Of a stretch of DNA of 64,000 nt, positions 51,345 to 61,190 are shown piece after piece. Each line of letters begins with the position of its first letter. Positions within the stretch are counted from its first letter, which is position 1. The notes beneath the pieces are model-generated. The model had not been told where the DNA came from, ran no database searches, and was given only the letters and a program-made list of their open reading frames with translations. The DNA is from a virus, in the IMG/VR virus record IMGVR_UViG_3300025174_000005; one strand, given 5' to 3'. The translations under genes and the position numbers were made by a program.

Positions 51345-52864
51345 ATGAATAATTATATCCATAATAACTACATGAGACTAACAGAGGGCATCAACAAAGA
51401 AACCCTAGAGAACTGGAAGCAAGATGTTACACAAGCCGAAATATTGTCCTTCGAGATATCACGACCTGGTATAGGTATGTATGGAACATTAGACCCTGGT
51501 GAGATTGCAGAATTGAAAATCTACCGATCTCTATGGGATTTTTATTTATGGTACTCATGTCCAGAAAGCTATGTGTTATGTGGACAAAGACGTAGTAGTT
51601 ATGGAACTTATTTTCCTATTGAATTTTTGGATAGATTACTATACATCCACGGTCTTGCATATTATACTTGGGACACCCTCTGTGAGAGCCTGGGTCAATT
51701 AACCAGTGGAATACCGTGTTATATTTATACTTACAAAGCCATATTGGGTAATTATATAAGAGCGGCAAGATATAGCGCTTCCCTACGTAAATGGCTGGCG
51801 AATTTGTAATTTACAAGATAAAGATATTAGTTTCGATTAAAAATTATAAAAACTAATGGAGGTGGGTAAATGACTGATATATCAAATTGGAGAGCATTAA
51901 TTCATAAACAAACTACATCAGAAAAAGATTTTAGTGGATCATCTGAATTTATAATGATTCCTGTTAATGAATATCAGATAGGCAATCTATTAGGATTATT
52001 AAAAAGAAGTAAAGAACATTATAATGGAGATTGGTTTTTTGAAATAATAAGCGTTTTGGTAACCGCATTGCATGATATGGGGATAAATTATCCACCTTAT
52101 ATTTATAATAATTTTGGGGATATATGGACAATAGAAGATTTATGTAATGATAACTTTTGGGAAGATAAGAAAAAAGAATTTGAAGCAGACATTGATACTC
52201 CTAAAACCATAGAAGAACTTGCGAATGATAGAAGGGAATTTCTAGATAAACATTTAAAGGAACAAAGCAATGAGAAATCTAAATATATAATAAGATCAAA
52301 AGAAGTTGATGTGTTCCATTGGACAAGCAGGGAAGAAGAATACCCTGAGTGGATTTGCGAAGCAATCAAATTTGGTGATATTCTAATAGAACAAAAAGGG
52401 CATTTGGGTATGAGATTGTCTTTGGGTGCAGGAGAGTGCGTCTTCCTAGGAGATTACATTATTTTGGATCGTGATACTGGTAAAATAACTAAATGTAGAG
52501 AAGATTTCTTTAAACTTTGTTATGAGCCTTTTAAGTCGAATGGGGTTTTAAATGAATAAATTATACAAAATACCAGTAAGCGATATACACTATGATTGTA
52601 ATATGATCGTATTGGCAGGATCTAAAGAAGAAGCTCTACAGAAAGCGTATGAGTATCAATTAAAACAAAGTAGGGCTTGTGTAGAAATTCTTTCCTCCAT
52701 TGCTGTTTATGAAACAGAAACAGAAAAAGACGTATGGATACAAGAACACATACAAGAGCATTTAGATAATCTAGAAGTAAATAAGATACAAGAATTGACA
52801 GAAGATATTTATCTCAGTAAAGAAGAGAGAGCGTTAAAATAAGTATATTACCAAAGGAGATGTA

Positions 52865-53743
52865 ATGACGATAAATTTAATCAACCCTAAGGAATACAAT
52901 TATGTTGTAACTAAACTACGGCAATTCTTTCAGGCTAAAGGTTTTATAGAAACACCAGTACAACACAGACTAAGCATCCTAGCAGCATGTGAAGATCCAT
53001 CTACGATAGCTACATTTAACTACGCAGGAGAACTATGGCCTCTTCCACAAACAGGTCAGATGTGGCTAGAATATGAGTTACTCAAGAACCCAAGTGAAAC
53101 GGGATTCTATTGCATAAGTACAAGCTATCGCAATGAAGCTAATCCCATACCAGGTAGACATGATTTGGTTTTCCCCATGTTTGAATTCGAAACACATGGT
53201 GATATAAATAATCTGGTAAATCTGGAATTAGAGTTATTGGAACATTTAGGTTTCGGAGATCAACAAGAGTATTGCTCGGCCATATATGACTACTCGCAAC
53301 TTGCAGAAACATTTAAGACTAAAATATTAACAGCAGAACATGAGGAATTGTTATATAAAGAACGTCATATACCAATTGCTTTCTTAACATTGTTTCCACA
53401 GTATACTTCACCATTTTGGAATATGTGTGTAGTAGATAAAATTAGAAGAGATAAAGCAGCTAAGGTTGATGTTATTTTATATGGTATGGAAACGATAGGT
53501 TCTGCCGAGAGATCTTCTGATCCAGAAGAAATGAATTATCTTTTTCATACGATAAGCGACGGTATGTATGCTAAGATATTGTATTCTCAATTTGGTAAGG
53601 AGCGGGTAGAAAAAGAATTAAAAGAATTTTTGTCATCATCTTTCTTTACTAGATGTGGTGGTGGTATAGGACTAACCAGACTAATAAGAGCCATGAGGAT
53701 GGCTGGATTATTAGAAGAAACTTCGTGCATCATTAAGAGTTGA
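52865..53743 (+). CDS. AsnRS/AspRS-like catalytic core without anticodon domain (AsnA/EpmA-like paralog)
   Basis: GFIETP, LPQTGQMWLE, STSYRNE, RHDLVFPMFEFE, ETIGSAER, GGGIGLTRL. Confidence 0.85.
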   Translation: MTINLINPKEYNYVVTKLRQFFQAKGFIETPVQHRLSILAACEDPSTIATFNYAGELWPLPQTGQMWLEYELLKNPSETGFYCISTSYRNEANPIPGRHDLVFPMFEFETHGDINNLVNLELELLEHLGFGDQQEYCSAIYDYSQLAETFKTKILTAEHEELLYKERHIPIAFLTLFPQYTSPFWNMCVVDKIRRDKAAKVDVILYGMETIGSAERSSDPEEMNYLFHTISDGMYAKILYSQFGKERVEKELKEFLSSSFFTRCGGGIGLTRLIRAMRMAGLLEETSCIIKS

Positions 53744-53905
53744 TCTAGAAAGGATCCATATATAAAAATATGGGGTATAAATCATGCAAGATAAAGATGC
53801 AACCACGAAAGACAATAATAGGCAAAAGAAGTATAATGCTTGTACTGAACCTTGTGATGTAGAAATAGGGCCATGTTGTTGTGGAGCATGGCATATCTTA
53901 GATAC

Positions 53906-53969
53906 AGGAGACAATAATGAGTAAGACAAGACCTAGACAAGAACCAATTGCAGAGCTTAAAGAATTATT
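53906..53969 (+). repeat. 64-bp exact direct repeat, copy 1 (RBS plus first codons of 53917-54366)
   Basis: aggagacaataatgagtaagac...gaattatt repeated at 54609-54672. Confidence 0.92.
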
Positions 53970-54608
53970 GCAATCAAAAGAATACAAAGCCAGTAAGAAC
54001 TGGCACGCAGAAAAAGAAAATTATATCAATAATGTTAACGAGTTATTGGCTAAAATTAAACAATGGCTCAAGGAAGAAGTAAGTAAGGGATTAATAATTA
54101 TAGAAAACAAGACAATATTAGTAAATGAGTTAGGTGAGTATGCAATACAATGCCTATGTTTAAGAACAAGCAATACCTTTATTACTATTCGACCTATAGG
54201 TTGCGTGGTATCAGGTGTAGATGGAGCAATCAACATAGAAATTCCTTGGATGACCAGAACAGTTTGTTGCATGAACAATCGGTGGAATTACATGACCGAA
54301 GGAGGATTTGTTAATTTAACAAAAAATACCTTTAAAGAAATGCTTCAAGAATCCTTAACAGACTAACAATATAACGGGGGAAATTAGATGGAAATAGAAC
54401 AAGCATGGACTGTATATTACCCATTTAGAGAACGCTTAATAGAAGTTAAGTATAACAATGAAAAACAATTTAATAAAGATATGGATGACTGGCTTAGTAA
54501 CATGGTCACAGACACACGTAAGCTATCTATAGATGAATTAAATAATAAGGATAAGTTAAAGATAGAATGGTTTAATGAAAGGGATATCAATTATATCAAG
54601 AGAATATA

Positions 54609-54691
54609 AGGAGACAATAATGAGTAAGACAAGACCTAGACAAGAACCAATTGCAGAGCTTAAAGAATTATTAACAGACTTATGCATTTGA
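54609..54691 (+). pseudogene. Internally deleted duplicate of gene 53917-54366 (23-aa mini-ORF 54620-54691)
   Basis: The 64-bp repeat is joined to ttaacagact, which matches the end of the parent gene. Confidence 0.7.
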
Positions 54692-54984
54692 ATAAAGCAA
54701 CCAAAAAAATAACCAAGATATTACCAGCTCACTATCCCTATCTTTTACATAAGATACAACTAGATACCTCAAGCACCACTAGGTTAGTAGATGAGATACT
54801 CTTTGGCTTACATCTAGATGGTAAGGACCTCATACTTAACACAGGACATACTATAAGTAATTCTACTATTACCATATTAAATCTTAAGGCAGTAATAGCT
54901 TCAGGTAAATTTGATTTAAAACAAGAGGCTGCGATACCCCTAGATATAGTAAGGGCATTACTAGGTATGGAAGGAGGTGAGTAA
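54682..54984 (+). CDS. Small ORF with the conserved tag
   Basis: AIPLDIVRALLGME. Confidence 0.6.
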   Translation: MHLNKATKKITKILPAHYPYLLHKIQLDTSSTTRLVDEILFGLHLDGKDLILNTGHTISNSTITILNLKAVIASGKFDLKQEAAIPLDIVRALLGMEGGE

Positions 54985-55495
54985 TATGTATGAGAATTTG
55001 ATATGCAATAAATGTGGTCAAGAAATAGATGAGGACGCGTGTGTGATCTGCTTAAAGCAACTAGCCCTAGAAGTGAGTGAATATTTTGAATTAAAACAAA
55101 GACATAACACAGATAAGTATATAGTATGTTGTAAAGATGGTACGCCATCGTGGGTTAGAGAAATGGTACACGAAGCGCATAGCGATATGTTCCCTGATGA
55201 TTACAAATATAAATTTATACATAATGCTATCAATGACATAGCTGAAAACGGGCTAGATGAACCCCATATAGAAGCAGATCCATATACCCATAACTTAATG
55301 AAATGGGCTAGTTCACATGGTAGTAGAATAGATTACTGTAATGAAGCTATCCAAGATGGCTCTGCAGATAGAATAGAACATGCTTGCATGTGTGGACAAG
55401 AACAAGAAAAGAGAGAAGTATATGATTTGGTTTTGGATTATCTTAAGAATAAGCTACGTCAACTTGACGTAATTGATATTTCAAGTAATATATAA
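54977..55495 (+). CDS. Acidic phage protein, possibly Ocr-like DNA mimic
   Basis: EADPYTHNLMKW...YCNEAIQDG...GQEQE; D/E-rich and helical; recalled similarity only. Confidence 0.35.
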   Translation: MSNMYENLICNKCGQEIDEDACVICLKQLALEVSEYFELKQRHNTDKYIVCCKDGTPSWVREMVHEAHSDMFPDDYKYKFIHNAINDIAENGLDEPHIEADPYTHNLMKWASSHGSRIDYCNEAIQDGSADRIEHACMCGQEQEKREVYDLVLDYLKNKLRQLDVIDISSNI

Positions 55496-55513
55496 TTAGG
55501 AGGATGATAAAAT

Positions 55514-55978
55514 ATGTCACATGTTAAAAATTCAGAGATTTTCATAGAAGGATTTGTTGGTAGAAGCTATGAAGTAAGTCCCAATAATAGTGAGGTTGGT
55601 ACATTTTCGGTAGCCGTATCAAATGGCAAAGACCAAGAACCAGATTGGTATGCTGTACAAGTATGGTCAGAATACTTACGCGATCTTGCACAAAGTATAA
55701 CAAAGGGAGATCGTGTATTGGTCAGAGGCACACCTTCAATACGTAAGTACACAAATAGATCTGGAGCACAGAGTACTGTTGTTCTTATCAATGCTGCGTC
55801 TATAGGAGTAGTACCCAAACAGAACAATCAAGCAGTTCCTCGCAAAAATACCAATAATATATCTAACGCTATTAAGTCTGCACCTAAGAAAGCGCCAATA
55901 ATAGAAGTTGAAACAGGAGAAGAAACAACAGAGATAGATTTATCTATCTATGATGACATGCCGTTAATAGCAGACTAA
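55514..55978 (+). CDS. ssb: Single-stranded DNA-binding protein
   Basis: FSVAV, DWYAVQVW, KGDRVLVRG, acidic tail YDDMP. Confidence 0.88.
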   Translation: MSHVKNSEIFIEGFVGRSYEVSPNNSEVGTFSVAVSNGKDQEPDWYAVQVWSEYLRDLAQSITKGDRVLVRGTPSIRKYTNRSGAQSTVVLINAASIGVVPKQNNQAVPRKNTNNISNAIKSAPKKAPIIEVETGEETTEIDLSIYDDMPLIAD

Positions 55979-56000
55979 ACAGAACCACAGAGGTGATAGC

Positions 56001-57092
56001 ATGAAAGAAGAAACAGAACTTAGTCTAGAAGAGCGATTAAAATTAGCCAGTAAAGTAACAGATCACATTAATAAACAGCATGGCGAATATACAGCTATAA
56101 TTCCATCATCAGCACCAAAGGAGTTATTCGCTCCAAACTCCTTTTCAACAGGAATAATATCGATGGATATGGCTACGTTAGTAGGGGGTATACCTCGTGG
56201 TACTATAGCCGAGTTCTTTGGCCCACCAAGTGGATGTAAATCGTTAGTACTTTATAAGACTATAGCTGAAGCACAAAAGAGGGGAGGTATAGTGATCCTA
56301 GAGGATGCTGAGCGATCATATACTCCTGAATGGGGAGTTATACATGGTATCAACAATGATCAATTAATCCTATTGCGCTCTCGTACAGCTCAGGAATCAG
56401 CAGATAATGTATGTGCTTATCTGCGTAGTGCACGTATTGATTTAGTTGGGTATGATTCGGTTAGTGCATTATTACCTAAGAAAATAGATGAGAATAGTGC
56501 TGATACTAATATAACAGGAGCACTAGCCCTGGCCATGAGTATACTTTTAAATAAACTATCCATTGATATGTACAACAATAAGATGAATCCCACGTCAATT
56601 ATATTTATTAATCAGATACGAGAGCAGATGGGTGGTATGATGGGTAGGTTTGGGGCTGTCCAATATAAAACTACGGGCGGTAGAGCATTACCTCACTACG
56701 CTAAGCTACGTGTAGAGTTTCGTCCTGGCGAACCTATTAAAAAGGGCAATCAACAAATAGGATATATTGTAAAGGGATTAATTAAGAAGTCTAAAGTAAG
56801 CCCTGCTCGTGGCAATAAGTTTGAATTTAGATTCTTAAATGGTACGGGTATAGACCTAATCAATGAATTAATAGAAACAGCTAAGATATATAACATCCTT
56901 ACAATGAAGGGTGGAGGTATGTTTTATTTACCTAATAACACTAAACCTATAGCTCGCGGTAGAGATGCTTTATATGAATTACTAGAAACAAATTTAGATA
57001 TGCGCAATAAGATAGATGATTTAATACGTCAACTAACAGGAACAGTAGGCGAAGAAATCAATAAGGACGAAAAAGAGGAAAACGAATACTGA
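56001..57092 (+). CDS. recA: RecA/UvsX-like recombinase
   Basis: GGIPRGTIAEFFGPPSGCKS, EDAERS, YDSVSAL, FINQIRE, TTGGRALPHYA. Confidence 0.92.
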   Translation: MKEETELSLEERLKLASKVTDHINKQHGEYTAIIPSSAPKELFAPNSFSTGIISMDMATLVGGIPRGTIAEFFGPPSGCKSLVLYKTIAEAQKRGGIVILEDAERSYTPEWGVIHGINNDQLILLRSRTAQESADNVCAYLRSARIDLVGYDSVSALLPKKIDENSADTNITGALALAMSILLNKLSIDMYNNKMNPTSIIFINQIREQMGGMMGRFGAVQYKTTGGRALPHYAKLRVEFRPGEPIKKGNQQIGYIVKGLIKKSKVSPARGNKFEFRFLNGTGIDLINELIETAKIYNILTMKGGGMFYLPNNTKPIARGRDALYELLETNLDMRNKIDDLIRQLTGTVGEEINKDEKEENEY

Positions 57093-57115
57093 TATAAAGG
57101 GGTTGAAATAATTAG

Positions 57116-58096
57116 ATGGCTGTACCAAATTTTAAGGCCCTTAGGAGGTTCTTTCATAAAATACTCCCTAATTATGTAGGTAGCGACAGAGCAACACAGG
57201 ATGTATGCGATCATATATCTTATGAAGTATTTAAGTTCCTACGCGGAGAAAACAAACAAGAACCCAAGGAAGAGGTTGTGCAGGTTCCTGCACAACCTCT
57301 GGTTATTGAGAACAACAACGAACAGGAAGAATTTAATGAACGCGCTCTAGCATGTAAGCGCTGTACTTTTGAATGCATTAATAGAGGACCAGTTCCTCCT
57401 CATGGTAAATGGGTAAGTCCACTTATGATAATAGGTGAGGCTCCTGCGATGGCAGAAGACTTCAAGGGTATACCACTAGTTGGCAAACGCGAGTTTAAAG
57501 CTAAATCACCAAGACAAGAAGATTGCATGTCTTGTGTTAATGTTAAGGGATGTTATGGTTGGTTCTTAGGCGAAGCAGATAGTCATATAACCAAGTCGTG
57601 TATGGGTTATGGACATGATTCTTCCCAAAATATTCGTGGTCAGACAATAGACCTATTTAAAACCTCAGGCAATCTCTTAGATGAGTGCTTAAAGAAAGCT
57701 AATATAGATCGCACCAAGATACTAGTAACCAATACGGTGATGTGTAGACCATCGGAGAACAACGACCCACCTACTAATATGCAAATAGTTAACTGTGCTC
57801 CATTTCTTATGGAGCTTATTAAACTGAACAAACCTGAGGTAATCATAGCTATGGGTAATACAATATTAAGATTGTTAAAACCCAAGAATACTGGTATATT
57901 AACTGAGGCAGGTAAACCATTTAGATGGCAAGAAATAGTAGTGGTTCCTACTTATCATCCATCATATGTTATGAGACAAAAACAACAAAGTACGCTCGGT
58001 GAGTTCATTAATCATCTAGTATTAGCTAAAGAAAATCTATCACTTGCTGCTCAGGAAACTATAGTTCTAAATCAAAACGCTCAGAAAACAAAGTAA
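57116..58096 (+). CDS. Family-4 uracil-DNA glycosylase-like protein with an insertion
   Basis: CKRC, IIGEAP, TNTVMCRP, IIAMGN, PTYHPSY. Confidence 0.85.
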   Translation: MAVPNFKALRRFFHKILPNYVGSDRATQDVCDHISYEVFKFLRGENKQEPKEEVVQVPAQPLVIENNNEQEEFNERALACKRCTFECINRGPVPPHGKWVSPLMIIGEAPAMAEDFKGIPLVGKREFKAKSPRQEDCMSCVNVKGCYGWFLGEADSHITKSCMGYGHDSSQNIRGQTIDLFKTSGNLLDECLKKANIDRTKILVTNTVMCRPSENNDPPTNMQIVNCAPFLMELIKLNKPEVIIAMGNTILRLLKPKNTGILTEAGKPFRWQEIVVVPTYHPSYVMRQKQQSTLGEFINHLVLAKENLSLAAQETIVLNQNAQKTK

Positions 58097-58098
58097 CC

Positions 58099-58341
58099 AT
58101 GGCTAAGAAGAAGGAAATAGGGTTGGCTGACGTTGTATACTATCTTCGTGTAAGTAATGTTACTATACGCCGTTTAGAGCGTTCTGGTGCTATCCCTAAA
58201 GCTAGACGTAAGGGTAAAAACCGAGTATATAACGAGGAAGAATTCTTTCAGCTATACTATTACTTTTATAAGAGGCTTATAGATGAATGTAAGGATGGAT
58301 GTAAAAAGGATAATGAGCTGCCATCTAATGGCGTCACATAA
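58099..58341 (+). CDS. MerR-like HTH protein
   Basis: VSNVTIRRLERSGAIPKARR...NRVYNEEE. Confidence 0.75.
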   Translation: MAKKKEIGLADVVYYLRVSNVTIRRLERSGAIPKARRKGKNRVYNEEEFFQLYYYFYKRLIDECKDGCKKDNELPSNGVT

Positions 58342-58468
58342 CTCTATTATATATATAGGGGTGATATGATATGTCAGTTTGTAGAAAGTGTGGTAATGTA
58401 CACCATCCACTTAAAAAATGTAGTGGCTAGTCAACAAAACAATTAGATACAACATATTTACATAGGAG

Positions 58469-58495
58469 GAACTACCTTTTGGTAGTTCTTTTTTT
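58469..58495 (+). terminator. Intrinsic terminator
   Basis: GAACTACC-tttt-GGTAGTTC followed by T7. Confidence 0.75.
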
Positions 58496-58508
58496 ATTAG
58501 GAGGCTAA

Positions 58509-58985
58509 ATGAAGATAAACTATCATATAGTAAAAATTAATTTTAGGTTAATAGACAAAGGTTTGCCTATACCAACTCAAACTGAAGATAATACGGGTAT
58601 AGATTTATATAGTCGTTTAGATATTACTATTCAACCACACACCATGCAATTAGTACCACTTAATGTTATAGTATTCCTGGGTGAAAGATACAACAATAAA
58701 GAATTGATAGATCCGATGGGTTCATTTTTATTTCCAAGAAGTAGTCTGTTTTCTAAATACAACCTTATTATGACAAACTCAGTAGGTGTCATAGATGCTA
58801 GCTATCGTGGACCCAATGACGAAGTTAAAGCTGCCCTATATAATATGGGTAACGAACCAGTTATAATACCCAGAGGAGAGCGCATATGCCAGCTAGTATG
58901 CTTGACATATATCACTCCCATGATTATTATAGTAGATGAGACATCATCAATAGAATCTAGAGGGGGTTTTGGTTCTACAGGATAA
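58509..58985 (+). CDS. dut: Trimeric dUTPase
   Basis: GIDL, PRSS, NSVGVIDASYRG, GERICQLV, RGGFGSTG. Confidence 0.93.
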   Translation: MKINYHIVKINFRLIDKGLPIPTQTEDNTGIDLYSRLDITIQPHTMQLVPLNVIVFLGERYNNKELIDPMGSFLFPRSSLFSKYNLIMTNSVGVIDASYRGPNDEVKAALYNMGNEPVIIPRGERICQLVCLTYITPMIIIVDETSSIESRGGFGSTG

Positions 58986-59776
58986 ATATAACAAATTAAA
59001 AGAAGGCGATACTTTGAATATCTTTACTAATTATGAACAATTCTCTCACCAACAATGGATGAATATATGTGGAGAATTTGCAGATGAAGCAAGCACACTT
59101 AAGTCTACCCATGATATGACACCAGGAGACTTAGCTGCACTATATGAGAAACTACAGTGCTTACAAGAACGCGTGATGTACGCAGTAGCTGTTGCAGATC
59201 AACTACTGTGGGATACCAGGAGGCTAGTGGAAATAATTAAAGCCAAGACAATAGAAAAGCGTGGAGAAAATGCAGATATTCGTAAAGCACAAGCTATCCA
59301 AGCTTGTCAAGGTTATGATTTTAAGGGTAAAACAGTTAATCTTCTTGACTTGGAATCCAAACAACAGAAAGTTGTTAGGTATTTAGAACCCATAGCTAAG
59401 TTTATTAATAAACTAGAACAGAAATACGAGAAGCAACTAGGAATAATTAAGATGGGAGGTTATTAAAATGAACAGTACCCAAGTAATAGACTTATTAAAG
59501 CAATTACCACCTCAAGTACATATTAATATTATGTCTAAAATTAAAGAAGATATACATTTATTCTATGCTTGTGAGTGTTTAGATTGTAAACTACCATTTC
59601 TGTACACACAATCAGACGACACAGGAATAGTACAAAAATCTGGTACAGGGAAACGCCCGCCAGCTATACCTATGATACAATTAGATTGTCAGAAATGTAA
59701 GTCACCCAAGCGTATGTCGATAGTACCTATAACCCAAGAGCATTTTGACCTACTAAAAAAAACTAAGTAGGTCATC

Positions 59777-60127
59777 ATGAAAAGTTATGAGGTTAGTGAC
59801 CACGCAATAAAACGCCTACGCCAACGAGTTGACGGATACAAGCACGCAACCCCACGCAAGGCTAAAGCATCTATTAGAAGGATGTTGAATCCTGATATTT
59901 TAATTAAAAAAATTAAACGTGGACCTGCTACAATATTAATAGGTGAAAAGCTATGTGGTATATGTATAGACAACATACTGGTGACAGTATTTAAGCCTGA
60001 TACTGCCGAGTTAGCTAAAAGAGGCATAAACTTAACTAAGAAAGAGGGTGAAGAAGATAAAGAACCATTACCTGGACAAACAATTATGCAAACTACAAGA
60101 CCATGTGTGGACCAAAACATATGTTGA
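59777..60127 (+). CDS. Small protein with an HAxxRxxxR motif
   Basis: YEVSDHAIKRLRQRV...LVTV. Confidence 0.4.
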   Translation: MKSYEVSDHAIKRLRQRVDGYKHATPRKAKASIRRMLNPDILIKKIKRGPATILIGEKLCGICIDNILVTVFKPDTAELAKRGINLTKKEGEEDKEPLPGQTIMQTTRPCVDQNIC

Positions 60128-60529
60128 CAGTGGTAGCACACTATCTTTTAAATACGTATGTCAAAAATGTGATACAACTTTAAAGCAAATACCATGTCCA
60201 TCATTAATGCATGATTTTGATCTAGAAGGACCCAATATATCTAAACCAAATGGACTTGGTTGTGGGTGTTACTCACCACTTAATGATAATGATGGAGTAT
60301 ATTATATAGGTGTATGTAAAAAATGCAATCTAAATACTCCACCTATTATTGTACAAGATTATTATAGCTATCAATTACATACAGATAAAAATGGAGAACC
60401 ATCTAAGTTTTCAAAACTTATGCATACAATGTTTAAGGATAAACACCCAGATCGGGATCTGCCTACAATGGACTTATATGGTATTGCACAAAATAAACTC
60501 AAAGAAATAATACTAGGTTCTGACTAGGT

Positions 60530-60985
60530 ATGAGTAATTGGAAGAGTTGCGATAAGTATAATACATGCGCCAACAGAGATAAGTGTGGACAATGTGTAGC
60601 TTATCGCCTTTTCCGTGATACCAAAAATATATCTAAAGTTAGTGGTACTATATTTGAAAACCATGTAGTAAATCAGTATAATAAACTTAAGAAACAACTT
60701 GCAAGTGGTGGTGCTTTCCACAAGGGTGACTTAATAGACCAGCATTTTCTTATGGAATGCAAGTTAAGAACTATAAAATCGAATGGTAAACAACAAATTA
60801 CTATCAAGAAAGAATGGTTGAATAAAATAAGCAATGAAGCTAGGGGAGAAGGAGGTAGAGTATCTGCTCTTCCATTTGGATTTAAAGAAGACGAAGAAGT
60901 ATATATAGTTATAACGCTTAGCGATCTAGTTAAGATATCACTAAGCTTAGATCAAGGAGGTAGTTATGAAGAATTTAAAAGTTAA
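60530..60985 (+). CDS. Hjc-like Holliday junction resolvase / PD-(D/E)xK nuclease
   Basis: FENHV, SGGAFHKGDL, FLMECK. Confidence 0.7.
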   Translation: MSNWKSCDKYNTCANRDKCGQCVAYRLFRDTKNISKVSGTIFENHVVNQYNKLKKQLASGGAFHKGDLIDQHFLMECKLRTIKSNGKQQITIKKEWLNKISNEARGEGGRVSALPFGFKEDEEVYIVITLSDLVKISLSLDQGGSYEEFKS

Positions 60986-61190
60986 CCTATTAATATTAGG
61001 AAAAATTATTGCTTTAATATTAATAGGTTCAGGAATATTTCAATTAGCCTTTATGGTATTACCCGCTAAATTATTACATAGCCTTATAGTTGGTGGAGCA
61101 AGTTACTTACTTGGCAAGTCTGCATTAACCCATATAAACATACCTAATACTTTATATAATAAAATAAAAGGATTCTTATTGGGATAACAT

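Noticed and set aside
4951-54984. The tag as a purely DNA-level repeat (CRISPR repeat, attC or att site)
   Set aside because: Beyond a loose TTACTAGG core the nucleotides differ mainly at synonymous positions, spacing is irregular, there is no palindrome, and no cas or integrase gene is in the window.
31720-57092. Inteins or introns in dnaE, uvrD, nrdJ or recA
   Set aside because: Lengths and motif spacing are normal, with no C/S...HN-C/S/T junctions or LAGLIDADG motifs.
60966-61187. ORF ending FLLG* as a member of the tag family
   Set aside because: It lacks the Thr-Pro at the correct spacing and looks like a two-helix membrane protein; the match is probably chance.
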